Shown here piece after piece: positions 1 through 13,000 of a stretch of 51,338 bases of DNA; positions within the stretch are counted from its first letter, which is position 1; each line of letters starts with the position of its first letter. The notes under the pieces were generated by a model that was not told where the DNA came from, searched no databases, and saw only the letters and a program-made list of their open reading frames with translations. The position numbers and the translations under genes were made by a program. The stretch comes from Planctomycetaceae bacterium (GTDB taxonomy: Bacteria; Planctomycetota; Planctomycetia; Planctomycetales; Planctomycetaceae), in contig JBDNFT010000660.1 of NCBI GenBank assembly GCA_041689695.1, positions 1 to 51,338 of the forward strand, given 5' to 3'.

Positions 1-171
1 ACAGAGCCGCGTATCTACCAGCAAAACAACTGCTCTGTTGTAATCGCCAAAACGGTCGGAACGGCAGTATCAGCAGTGCTTCAGCATCACCTTGATGCGA
101 CGATTATCAGCGTCAATCAGGGACCAAGCGGATCTATTATGCTGGCAGTGACGAAGGGTGATGACGAATGA
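1..171 (+). CDS. partial ORF (3' end only), unknown function
   Basis: Frame 1 is open from base 1 to TGA 169-171. No motif recognised. Confidence 0.3.
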   Translation, partial: TEPRIYQQNNCSVVIAKTVGTAVSAVLQHHLDATIISVNQGPSGSIMLAVTKGDDE

Positions 172-192
172 ATAAAATCACAGCAGCCGGTC

Positions 193-399
193 GTGAAAAC
201 ATCGCAGTCTCAGCCCGATATGTGTTCGACTGCAATCAATACCAGGGAACTGCTGCCAGTCGGCTCATCTGTCGAACTTGTGACATACAAAAATGGTCGC
301 GAAAAATACGGTAGGTATCTGGCGTCGGTGTACAAAGATGAAATCCAAATCAACGACCAGATGGTCGATGAGGGTTTTGCAGTTTATGTGGGGTATTGA
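193..399 (+). CDS. SNase/thermonuclease-like protein, C-terminal half only (possible remnant)
   Basis: GTG start. REKYGRYLASVYKDEIQINDQMVDEGFA resembles the staphylococcal nuclease signature DKYGR-LA-Y..G..vN..LV..GlA. The N-terminal catalytic half is absent and the upstream frame is closed at 169-171. Confidence 0.45.
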   Translation: MKTSQSQPDMCSTAINTRELLPVGSSVELVTYKNGREKYGRYLASVYKDEIQINDQMVDEGFAVYVGY

Positions 400-626
400 C
401 GACAATGACTGCTGCAGAAAAACTTGAGTATTGCTGGGTCTTTTTGCATCCGAAACACGGATGGATTGGCGGCACTGCCGACGATAAATGGGGTGGTTTG
501 TTGGCCACTGAATCTAGCGCTGGGATCAGTGACGCTAAGGAAAGAGAATACCCGATCAAGATACTGAGCAGACCTGTTCGAAACAAAGCAATGCCAGGAT
601 CAGTCAGACCATCTATCCGAAAGTGA
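396..626 (+). CDS. hypothetical protein
   Basis: ATGA start/stop overlap with the upstream ORF suggests translational coupling. No motif recognised. Confidence 0.4.
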   Translation: MTTMTAAEKLEYCWVFLHPKHGWIGGTADDKWGGLLATESSAGISDAKEREYPIKILSRPVRNKAMPGSVRPSIRK

Positions 627-663
627 TTTCGGAAACACGCAAAGAAAGCGTCAAGGATATCCA

Positions 664-1017
664 ATGCGAACATTTTGCTTAGAAGTCTTCGGAGCCATAG
701 TAGCCGGATCCACCATTATTGGGGCGTCGATGATTGACGTCAGCGATCCTGTTGTGGTTACTGCAGGAGCAGCAGTGTTGGCAGCGCTGACGAGTGCGGT
801 GAAAGTGTTGTGGGATCGGAATACAGCATTGAGCAAAACGACAGACATAGCGCTGTCCAAGTGCGAAGCGGAACACGTAAACGCATCGGCAAAAGTGGAT
901 GTGCTTGTGCAAAAGGTAATCGAACTATCTGGCCAGGTTGGCAAGATGCAGGGCAGGATTGAAGGATTCCAAGAGGCAACCGGAAAAGTCGTAGACGTGC
1001 ATCTGAACGGAATTTAA
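664..1017 (+). CDS. small membrane-anchored coiled-coil protein (holin/spanin-like, unverified)
   Basis: Hydrophobic N-terminus (FGAIVAGSTIIGASMI, VVVTAGAAVLAALTSAV) followed by a heptad-like C-terminus. Converges on the giant ORF. Confidence 0.5.
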   Translation: MRTFCLEVFGAIVAGSTIIGASMIDVSDPVVVTAGAAVLAALTSAVKVLWDRNTALSKTTDIALSKCEAEHVNASAKVDVLVQKVIELSGQVGKMQGRIEGFQEATGKVVDVHLNGI

Positions 1018-1026
1018 GACTGAGTC

Positions 1027-4000
1027 TTATTCGCCTGACTTGTACAAAGACTTTATTCGAGAGCGTCCCGCTGCGACCTCCGGTTTTAGTCGGAACGTGT
1101 TGTCTTTGCCTTTTTCAACAAGGCTCTTGTTCGCTGCCTTGTATGCCTCGTTGTAGATCCTGATCGCATCTGCAACGTTCGGGATTATTTCCGGAACCAG
1201 CGAGCGTGACACCATGCGGCCTTTGTCCTCGCTGCCTGAAAATTCCCTTTTCTCATGCGGCTTCTTTTCGCCCATGACTCGCCCTGAGGCATTCAGGACG
1301 ATGTCATACATTTCCTTTTGAATCGCGTCCGAAAGTTCCGGCGAGTCCTCGCCGTCAATCACTTTCTGCAACCCTGCCTGTTCGTCAGGAAGCGCGGTCC
1401 TCAGCTTTTCCGTCGCCTCGGCGGCCGCCGCGTACTCAAGGTGTTTCAAGAGAACCTGCTGGATCTTTTCTTTTTGGCCCTGATGCTTCAGAACTCGCAC
1501 TTCATTCGCCGCGTCGCTGCGTTTGTTCGTCCTGGCCTCATACGTTCGTGCGCTGAGCCCAAAGAACATCATCATTGAAAGAACTGATCCTAACTCAACT
1601 CCCTCTTCTTCGATCGCCTTGCGGACGTCCTGTCCAATGAGAGGCGTGATGCGTTTAAGTAACCATTTCCGGGTTGCGACATCTTCGCCCATCATTGTTT
1701 CTCTTACAGCAAGGTCCACAACGGCAGATGTAGCTGGCGCGAGTTTTCCTCTAAAGTAGCGGCCAAATACTCCAAGCCGGTCTATGTCCCTAGTTTCCCA
1801 TCGGTCTTTTTGCTGTCCGCTTATCATTCTTATGAGAAATGATAAATGCTGCCCCAGTCCTGCGGTCATGTCGATATGTGAATTCCCGATTCGAATGCTT
1901 CCGAAGTTCAGGCTTCTCCAGTCGGTTTCGTGGTCCCATTCTTCATCATCGCCGGGGGGGCCAAAAGCTGCAGTCAGACCAGCAACAACGAAGCTCATGA
2001 CTGCCATCTGTGCGGCGGCTTGCTTGCCCCACTCTTTAGCAGCCAGTCGCCGCACTGCCCATGATGCGCCTTCGCCGCGAAACCACGTTGAATTGTGCCA
2101 AACCGGCTGGCCTGACCACCATTGCAGTCTACTCATCCACCAGCGAGGCGAGAATAAGACCGCCGTCGCAGCTTCAAGGGCATTCATGTATCTCCCGAGA
2201 CTCCCCCGTCCGCTGCCGACATTCACTATATTTGCGATAATCCGAAGCTCGGCATTCGAGATAGACAAGCCTTCGCCTTCGCGCGATGTTGCAAACTTGC
2301 TGACAAGTTCGCGGAAGACAAGACGCCGTTGCGTATTGATGAACGCAGAACCTGCTCTTTCAGCGCCACCAACACCCCATAGATTATTGAACCACTCTGT
2401 CTGGTCAAGATTCCCCTCTTCACTTTTCATTCCATCGCCAATGCTTGTAACCGCCAGCTTGGCAATCTTTTCCATCCGAACCCATTGCGGGTCGGAATTC
2501 AATTCAGCCTCCGTGTCGAATACGTCTTGTTCGCTCGGGAAGATGCTTTTTGCTTTAAGTGGATTGGACGCAAACGCCTTTTGTGCCGCTTTTGCGTACA
2601 GAATCGGATGCGTGATTCCAAGCAAGTATCCCTGACGCCCGATCAGTGACTGGTCGATGGTCGTCAATCCCTTGCGCCACATGTTAAGAGCGGCAATTGG
2701 CCCTTTTACCAGTAATTTGTAAACGGCGTTCCGGTTCTTGAATATCCATGCCTTGCGTGTCTTCGACATCCTGTTCTGCATGTCGTCGATTTGCTTCATC
2801 TCGATCAGCATGGTTTTAGTCAGAGTTCTCTCTGGCTTCTTTGCGGCCGGCATGACGTCGCCATCAGCCAGGCGGCGAGTAAGTTCTGCCAATCGTTTCG
2901 TTAGCGTCCTCTCGTAGGCTGCGTCAGAACGAACCTGAGCTTCTCCTGAATTTAATCGCAGTTCTTCACGGCTTGCCTTCAGTGCATCCAGCGTCGCCCG
3001 CTTGGCTTCGATTGCTGGCGATGTGACACGCGGCTTTGGATCGTCCTTGTACAGTTTGCCTGCATCGTTGTCCGCTTCCATCTGGGTGATGGCACGGTCC
3101 AGCGCCTTCTCCGCGAGATTCAGTCGCTGCTCGTCGCTGAGTTCGTTTTTCCCGAACGCGGCGTTGTAACGCTTTTGGAGAGCATCACGATCTTCTCGCA
3201 GTTTGGTGAGCTCAGCGTCTGTCTTGAGGGTAGTTTTGCTGCCGATGATTTTCGTTCGTGTCTTTATCGCGTTATCAAGATCCGCGATTCTATTCCTTAC
3301 GCCAGTCTTCGCCGCGTCGAGTGCGGATTTAAGCTGGCCTTCGGTTTGCGTTGATATCCCTGACGCTTTCTTGGCAGCAGTGACATTCCTGCGAATCAGT
3401 CTTTGCTCATCACTGGACGGCGCTCGCTCTTGTCCTGTAGCCAGTGGCGGTTTCCCTGTTCCCGGCTCATTTGCTTCGTCGATTGCTGCCTGCTCCCATC
3501 CCTTGAGTTGCTCCAGCAGGAGAAGCTGTGCTTTCTGGTCGCGTCGAATAACGTCGATTTCATCCTCTGAGAGTTCAGAGTAGATGCCGATTCCGGACAT
3601 GGCTCTAGCTGTCTCTTCGATGGTGATGTCAGGGAGAAAACGCATCAGAATCTCATGGACAGCATCAACTGCCGCTTCACGTCCGGCCGCTGAAGCGTCG
3701 AGACTGTCGCGTTCAATGACGTATGCGTGAAGATCCCTCGCCGCCTTACCGATAGTGTCCGGAACGACGCTGTCGATTTTGTCGGTAATTCTGCTGATGT
3801 TGGCCGGGCCCCTCGCTGCAAATGCCGTATCCCATGCTTCCTGCAAAACAGGGATGTTCTCAGGGTTTGGCTTCTTCCCAAAATGCTTTGATAATCTATC
3901 AACGAAGGTACTGAAGCTCTCGACGCCTTTTTCGATATGTGCCCCAGCGAGTTCAATGAACTCGGGAAGCATTTTAGCAGCGCCTTCTATAGAGAAAAAC

Positions 4001-7000
4001 GTGTTGGCTTTCTGGAACGGCTTCCAGGCTTCGGCAAGGCGTTTATCTGCGGCCGTTTGAACGCTTTTCGGCGATGCTGGCTTTTTCGCAGTCGTCTTTG
4101 CAACCGCTGCGTCATGTGCTTTTTTGAGTTCGTCCTGAAGCTCAGTGCTTTTAGATTCCTCTTCGGCCAGCAGCTTTTCGAGGTCTTTAACCTTTGCTGC
4201 CAATTCATCAACGTCACTCTTCATTGCCTCCAGTTCTTTGCTGTTCGCCTTTCGTTTGTGGGCGGCTTCAAACAGAAGAACAGAACGTGCAAGCGAGTAG
4301 TCCCGTTCGATAACAGCTTTTCGGGCTTGCAGGTTCCGTCCTGCATCTGTCCCGCTCGTTTCCATCACATAAATCAGGGTTTCGGCTTCAATCCTCTTTA
4401 GTGAGGCTTCTCTTTCGTGAATCGCTTCTTTGACATCGTCGCCACTATTCGCAGCATCGATCTGGCCGCGTAATTCATCTTCGAGCATGTTGCTGAGTTC
4501 AGCGTTACGGAAGTTCAGTAGGTCGTTTTCCAGAGTAGTCGCGGATCTGGGGCTATCAACCAGCTCGCGAATCAGCTTATCGATTCGAACTCGACCATAT
4601 TCAGTTTTACCGATCTCCGCAGCCAGCTTCACGCTTTCCGCTCGACCCTGTTTGATTACAGGATCGCGTTCCGGCATACCGAGTTCAACGCGACGTTGAG
4701 CACTGAAGGCGTTCTTCGTGGAGAACTGCTTTTCCTGATCATCATCCTCTTCGTCTACGGCCGGCGGCAATTCATCTTTCATCGCGGCATCGAAACTGGC
4801 GTCGGTGCCTTCGTCTTCAAGACTAAACTCGTCTCCAAAGAAGTTCCATGTGTCGATCAGGTTCGCCCGGATCGAATTGACCGATGCGTCACCAAGACTT
4901 GCACGCAGTTCCTTTATCATCGCCTCGAACGTTTTGACACCCAGCTTGATTGTGCCGATCATTCGTTTCGCAACAGCGCGTGCAAGCTCGTCAGAAATCG
5001 GCAAGCCGGAACCAGCCGTCGGCTTTCGGAGTTCGGCCAAGATGATCGCGTTTTGCTTTGCGTTCTCTGCTTTTTGAGCATCGACCGCTTCTTTTGCTTC
5101 ACGGGCAGACTTCCGCAGCTCGGACTCGACTGGCGTTTCGACTGGCTCTGAATCTGCTTCCGTCGCAGGGTCCGGCGTCGCTGCAGGCGGTGTTGCTGTC
5201 GGGTTATCTCGCTGGAACATCATCTGGTTAACTTGAGCCAGTTGCGATTCCAGATTATCAAGCTCGATCTGTGTCTCAGATGGCTTGGCGAGAAACTCTG
5301 TGAGCTTCACATTCTCGGCTGTGCCCGACGCAATTGTTTTCTTTCTTAATGTAATTTGGCGTCGCAGGTCTGAGGATAGTGCCAATATGATGTCAACCAG
5401 CGAAGAGAACTTCGTTTCTTTGGTCTTATCAATCTGTTTGCCGTCCATCGTAATGACAGTGCCGGACGATGCTGTCCACTTTACAGAAGGGTTCCCTTTG
5501 TCGTCCTGCACGACTTTAGGACGCTCGCCGTAGTACAGATTGAATTGCACAGAACCATAATCAGCATCAGTGGCATAGTGATCAGATTCAGGGAATCCTG
5601 AAAACGCTTTAATCTTGCTATCCCGAGTCGCTATGCTGATCCTTTCACTTTCAGCATTAAACTTTTCTTTCAGCGACTTGTCAGCCTCAGCAATTGTGGC
5701 CAACTTCTTGCCGTCAACAATTATTGGGCCATCAGAATTGAAAGACACTTCAAGTTTATCTGCCAGCGCGGCTTGGCTCACATTGGTTGCATTAGCTCGT
5801 TCAATGTCATATTCACTGCCGCGAAGTCTGAACCGTTCTCGCGATCGTTGCTGATCCAGCGCCTCTGCTTCAAGACGCAATGAACGAATCTGGAATTCCA
5901 GTTCGCGTTGACGGTAGAACATTGGATCATCATTCATGGCCGCTTCCATGTCGGCCATTGACATCAGCGACTCGCTATACGGATCGTCAAATTCAGCGCC
6001 TGCTTTACCTGACAGTGCTTGTTCTGACGCTTTCGCCTTGCGTAGATTCATAGACATCAACGTGCCGTCGAGCGAGCGTTGCATCGCCATCACGAACGCC
6101 TGCACCGTCTCATTCAGGTTTCCTGACCTGATCATTCTCCCAAGGCGCTGTTCACGCTTTGACGGAACCATCGGAATATCGAGTTCCCAAATGGCTTTCA
6201 GTCGCTGCTGAACATTAATTCCGGTTCCGAGAGTGTCAGAATGCCCGATGACAATTCGAACCTCACCAGCGTTGACGCTGTCCTGAAACGCAAGTAGTTT
6301 TTCTGGCGTGCCGTTATGGTCATTGATTATCTGGACCTGATCCTTTGGGACGCCTTTCTCAATCAGCTTGCGTTTGATCTCGTTGTATAACCAACGGTCT
6401 TTCTTCTTTGTCGTCTTCACGGCTGCAACTGGAGTGTCGCCATCCGAATCGCTGTCTGAGTCATCATCTGAATCGTCGTCGGAATCGTCGCTCTCATCAA
6501 TTTCGAGCGTGACACCTTCACCGCGGGCAAAGTCTCTCAGCTTGGAAATATCTGTCCGGCCCGATGTGTCCGAAAAGATTAACTGCGTCAGGTTCTGCCC
6601 TGTCAACTCCTGATCGCCAACCTTCAGTGTTACGCCAGTGCCATCCTTGTAGTTCTGGTAAACGCCTTCAACCATTTTGTTGAGCTTGCTGCCAGGATCA
6701 TCAGGCGCAGAAGCATCCACCAGACGCACGTCGATGGCAGCGGCTTTCGCAGCACCATAAATCGTCACAGGAACCCATGAGTACGTTCGTTTGTCTTCAC
6801 CCTGCAGCCCTTTGTAGGCATCGTACAGATCAATGAAAAACTTTCCAAAATCATCGAACGCTGCGGACCTATCGACCATCACCAGAGTTTCTTTGCCGCC
6901 CTCCATCGTGGGGACTTTACCGCCGCCGTACTCTCTAATCTTGCCGTGCAACTCATCGCCAAGCAGAATATCCCATCCGGACTGAATGAACTGCGCAAGC

Positions 7001-10000
7001 TGGTGGCCGTTCTTAAACTTTGCCAATCGTGTTTTTCGCTGCAGTTTTCCGGCAGAGTTTTGTTCAAGCGAACTCATGACTTTTGCGAATGTCGCTACGA
7101 ACTGATCGAACGTCGTTACTCCAAATTCTTTAACGACGTCAGGAGCAACCATGTTCATCAGAAGCCACGATTCACCGAGCGTGTTTGTGATCGGTGTTCC
7201 CGTCGCCATGAATGTATTGCGGCCCTTATTGCCGTTCTGAATAAATCGCATTTTGATCAGCGCCGACAATGCCCGTCCAGAGACGTCGGTTGACAGACCT
7301 TTGATGGATCGATCGAGCTTCGTGACGAATGGCGGTTTCTTATAGTCGTGTGCCTCATCCAGAAACAAGGAATCGACTCCCATCTGCTCGAAGTACACGT
7401 CACTGTCCGTTCTCGCATTGACGCTTTTTATGATTTTATCCAATCGCTTTACGAGGGATTTGATCTGCTGCTGAATAGCCTTGACTGATGGTGATCCAGC
7501 CCCGTCTTCCAGTTGAGCTTCAAGCATTACGGCTTCGAGTTCTGCGATCAAACCTTCAACCATCTCCTGCTCAAGCGCTGGGTCATTCGGTAGTTTCATG
7601 TTGAACGTTGATTTCGCCATCACGATCGCGTCCCAGTTTCCAGTCGCGATGCGAGCCATGAACTTTGCGCGGTTTTCTGGATTCAGATCGTTTTTGCCTG
7701 CAACCAGCACTTTGGCAGCCGGGTACACTTCCGTGAACGTCCTCGCGAATTGACCGAGCGTTGAGTTCTGCACGACAATCAAAGGCTTCGTTGTTGTTCC
7801 CAGTCGCTTCATCTCCATGGCGATCGCGATCAACTCAGCCGTCTTTCCAGCGCCTACGCCGTGCGCGATCATGCCACGTCCTTCACGGATTGCCCGCCAG
7901 ATCGTGTTCTTCTGGTAAGGCCGCATTCGCTTGAGCCACAAATCAGACATCCCCGGAAACGTCAGGTGTTCTCCGTTGTATTGTGGTTTGACGTAGAAGT
8001 TCTTTTGCTCGTTGAACGCCTGTTCGATCAGGGGTATGGTCTCTTCGTTAGACTTAGACCACGCTTGAAATGAATCACGCATTTTTTCAGCTTTGATCTG
8101 CGCTGCCTGCGTTTGAGCCTCATCAGGAACTCTTTTCTTATGGTCGTTTGGGTCCGCCTTCGTAACACGGATCGTCGAGCCGTTCAGCGTCTTTGGAAGC
8201 AAGTCGGATAAGTGCATCCCAAGCGTGCCCCATTCGTTCTGAACATCCCGTGGAATACCCTCTGTGCGAACGCTCCAGATATCCACTTTGGCGTTATATC
8301 TGGCTGTTGAACCGTCCAGTTTCAGAACATCCGTTAACCAACGATTCACTACTTCAATGGGAACCCATGCCTGACCAAGACTCGGTGTGATTGAGTCGAT
8401 CGTCATCTTCGGTGGCTGAACCATCTTCAAGAGTTCGACATTCCGTTCAAACCTGCTGTCCCCCTCGGCTACCGACCGTTCTGCCGTTCTTAGTTTCGCC
8501 TGCACGTTTCCAGAAAGATAAGTGTCTGCTGGTTCCAGGAGACTCGTTTCGGGATCAAGTAAGACAGTACCGGAGTCCAGTAACTCGGCTTCAAGATCCT
8601 CTTCAGATGTTCCAGTCAGTTTGGACATCCACGGAAGATTAATTGCACCTCGCCAGGCCAAACTCATTTTGATAGCGTCTTCAGTTGTGTCGGCCGTCGT
8701 TGGAGCTGCGTCCGGGTTGACTGTTCTCTCTCTGAACACGTCAGCCTTGACATACCCCTTCGACAGAACACCGTTCTCAATGATTTCAACATCGTTTTCA
8801 ATGCCAGACGTGAAGAAGAAACCCGGATCGCGATGAAGCCAGTGGCTGTCTTTGTGATTCAGGGCACCGTGCGCCAGCCTGTAGGCATCGTAGGCGACAT
8901 TGAGCGCCTTCTGTGACTGTTTGTACTCATCCTGCGTTGCGTTATCGTTACGCATGTTTGCCAGATGAATCTCATAGGCATTTCGAACCTTCGTATAGGA
9001 AATCCCCTGCCTCATGGCGTTCGCGATTTTATCCGCCTTGGTGTCATCTTTCAGCTTTCGCGGCTTTCCATCCTTCGTCAGCAGCACGGCGTCTTTCAGC
9101 CATGACGGGGATACCCACTCGCCTTTGGATAACTCCTGAAGTTTTCCGCCGCGAAACTCGATCCTGCCCTCAACACCACTTGTCCCTGTGTCGAGTGATG
9201 GCATCAGCGGAGCGTTGTCTACTGTTGCTATGCCGGCAGGAAGATTCTTGACAGCCTTCTGAAGTTGATCGGCGAGGCTTGCGCCCTCAACTGGCATCAC
9301 CGTGTATTCCGTATCAGAATACTGCTTGCCCTCCATGGAGTGTGTGCCTATCACCATTTCAGGATGCGCGGCGAAATACTCATTGACCGTGATGTTTCCC
9401 TCTTTATCAACAAACGGTCCATTCTTCGTTTTCTTGGCTTTGTACGTGTACGTCCCGACGGACGAAAGATTCTGCCATGACGCACCCTTGAACGAGGAAC
9501 CGTCAGGCTTGCGGAAGAACATGATGTCTGTCGTCACTTCAGTGCCAGCGTTTGCCTTGAACGCAGTGTTTGGAAGTCGAATCGCCCCAACCAAATCCGC
9601 CTTGCTCGCCAACAGCGCCCGGTCTTCAGGATTCGCATCCATCGTGAAGTGAGTTGAGATTACTGCCGCCAGTCCACCTGGACGTAGTGAGTCCAGCATT
9701 CTCGCAATGAAATAGTTGTGGAGGTTCATCTCGCGGCCGTAGCGAGTCTTTGCGTCTGCCGGCCCGATCTGGTGGAAAGGCACGTTCGTCGCAGCAATGT
9801 CGATGGTTCCCGCTGGGATTGGAACTTCCTCGAACCCCTTCACATGAACATCAGCATCTGGATACAACTGTTTGACCATCTCACCAGTCAACGAATCGAG
9901 TTCGATCGCAATTACTTCAGAGTTGTTGGAAATACTCTCTGGCATCAACCCGATCAGACTACCGATACCGGCAGACGGCTCCATGAACCTACCGCCAGTG

Positions 10001-13000
10001 ACGCCCATTTGTTCAAGAGCGCCCCAGATTCCGTTGGTGATGACGTCGCGGCTGGTGAAGTGTGCATTGAGAACACTGGCCTTTGCTTTCTTCCACTCGT
10101 TCGGCGTTAAAGTCTCTTTCAAGAACCGATACGATTCGCCCCATTGTTTTTCCCATGCCTCAACACGGTTCCGAATTTCAATGATTGTCGAGTATTCGCC
10201 CTTCTTTTGGTACATCCGGGCTTTTTTGTACCACTCGTCATATTGATCCAGAAGTCCTGGACGCTCAATGAATTCCTTGCCCTTGTTCTCGTCGAACACA
10301 TGCTGAAGTGATCCCCAGCCTGTGTACCGCATCAGAACTTGTTGCTCCGCCGCTGTGGCTTGCCGATTGTCTTTCTGAATTTCCTTCAGGAGTGTGATGG
10401 CTGCGATGTTGGCCTTCAGTTTCGTAATGAGCCCATTTGGCGCAATCGTATCGCCGGGCTGGATCTTCAGGTTTCGCGGACCTGCCATTGTTCCCGAAAC
10501 TGTCTTAGCTGGCTTTCGGCTTCCTCGGTTAGAGGGTTTTCGTCCGGGCTTTGGTTTTGCTCCAGAACTCTGCTCTGTGCCAGTTCCCTCAGTGCTAGTT
10601 CCGGTTCCTTCGGATTCTGTTTCCGAAGTGCTGTCAGTTCCTCCAGGTAGCGAATCGCTGTTTGGTCTAGTTCCTGCTTCAGCTTCCCCGTCTTTAGAAG
10701 TGCTTCCAGCTTCCGGGGCCAGTGTTGTTCCAGATTCTCCAGACTCTCCGCCCATGCCCTCGTCTGATGAGGCTTCACCTTGGTCGCTTGTTCCATCGGT
10801 AGATACCTTTCTTGAAGTGAGTACGTCAGCCACGCTTCCTGCGTCATCGATTCCGGAATACTCCGGCAACCGCTTTAACGTCCGCCATGCCAGCTCGATT
10901 CCTTCTGCAGCATTCAGCGTGATCTCGTTTCCAAACTTATTCACCACAAACGCAACAAACTCGTCGAACTTCGCCACGCCATGATCCAGCGCAGCCTTTA
11001 CCAGTCGCGCGGAGGCTCGCATCTGTTCGCGAGTAAGACCCATTGGTGCTGTAAAGCCAAACGCCTTTCCAAAGTCGTCAGCGGCATCGTCCAGCTCTTT
11101 CTTAGTCTGCTCTGATCGCGACTTTGCTTCGTCCTTTTTCCTCTGAGATCTTGCCCCCGGCGATTCAATCATGTCGATTGCCCCGGATGGCTTTGGAGTC
11201 TTTGGTTTCCGCGTCTTTGCTTTACCCTTATTTTTTGGAGTCAACTGTTCTACCAAAAGATCAATGGCGTCTTTGTGGTTCGATGGCCTCACGTCTTCTG
11301 CTGGAAACCACTTACTGTTGACAAGAATTCCACGGCTGATCTGTATGCCCTGAACAGTCCCGGTTTCGCCACTGGAAATAATCTGAACCTTGTCGTCTAG
11401 GTTTAGGGCTGTCGCCTTTGGCTCCTGCGCTGGCTTTTGGCCAAGCAGTTCCTCGCGAAGCATTTGCTCCATAAGATCCTCTTGAGATGGTTCAGGCTCG
11501 CTCGCCTTAGCCTTGTTCTCCTGATCAATCTCAGATTGTGCCCTTGCCACTGCCGCTGGCTTGTGGAATTCGACCTGTTCTTCCAGATCTTTAATCCTCG
11601 CCATGTGATCTCTGTCGCCAGCCTTGTGTTTTGGATCGCGGTAGAGTGGCTGCAGTTCGCCGTAAAGCCTGTCGTGCTCAATAGCCGATGGCTTTTCTGC
11701 CTTGGCCTTTTGTTCAACAACCGGAAACGGCTCTGTTTTAGGCTCAGGCTTCGATTTTCCTGCCTTCGGTGGAACCGGCTTGCCGTCCTTGATCGGGATC
11801 TGAGAAACAAGGTACTTCGCCGGAAGAACGCCTGGCGATTTGGTGACGTCATCATGCTGGCGATATTCGCTGGCAGGTATGTCAAAGACGTTTGCGACAC
11901 CGGCCCTGTATCTCGGATCGTCCGTTTCCATTCCGGACTCATCGTCCACCACTCGCGCCGTACTCTGCAGCATCCCCTGTTTGGCGTAATTCAACCCGTT
12001 GTCGCGGATGCCTTTGGTCATTTCCTTAGACGAGACGTGAACTACACGAACCACGCCCTCTGGCTTTGGCGTCCATGTTTGTGCAGGCTTTGTTTTGGGT
12101 TCCGGCGTCCGCTCGAATCCGGAGACGTCTGTCCCGGAAAGCACGCTTCCATCGGCGTCGAACCGCACGCTGATGGTTCCCGAATTCTCGCTGATCCCAT
12201 CCAACACGCCTGTCCGACCAGTCACGGCCTGCGTCAAGCGGTCGCCAACATTGAATCCGCCGTCCTTGATGGACTGTTTGCGTTTCTCCGCGTCCGCTTC
12301 TCTTCGCTTCTCTAAACGCAGATCCGGCGATTCGATGACATCTGCTGTTCCTTGTGCTGGTGTTTGATCGCTCTTTGATATCGCGTATTCGTATTCTGCT
12401 TTTGTCAACACCCTTCCATTGCCGTCCGCGTCGTCCATTGAATACGACTTGATTTTCGGTGGATTGGCAATGATCTCACGGTATTCCTTGGCTTTGATTG
12501 CATCCGGGTGGTTTTCGTTTGCTGAGATACCCCACTTTTGCTTTCGCAAAGAGCCTAATTGCCGTGTAGCCTTATTGACCGCTGCTGTATCATCGTCTTC
12601 TGAGACAACAGGCTTTCGCCCTTCTGTGAGTTGGCGGTCTACTAGATCGCGACGAGTGATAACTTCACTCTTTCCTCCGACTGACCCTGTATAGTTCACC
12701 TTCTGATCGAGTGTCTTTTTGAACCTTGCTGCTTTGCTCGCCTCTTGAAGTGTCAACTTTGGCTTTGCTGCGTCTGCTTCGGCCTTGTCGGCATCAGCCT
12801 TATCGAATCCAGCCTTTCTTGCAATTTCATCTTCGTACTGTTGTTTGATCTTCGGGGATTCTTCTCTTGCTTGCTGCTCGGTATCAAACAGCATATCGCC
12901 ACCGCCTCGCGGCTGATCAGAACTTCGCACAGCAAACTTTTGGCCGCTACGCATATTTGCGATATAAACTTGGCCAACTTCTGTTGGAAGCTCTGACGTA

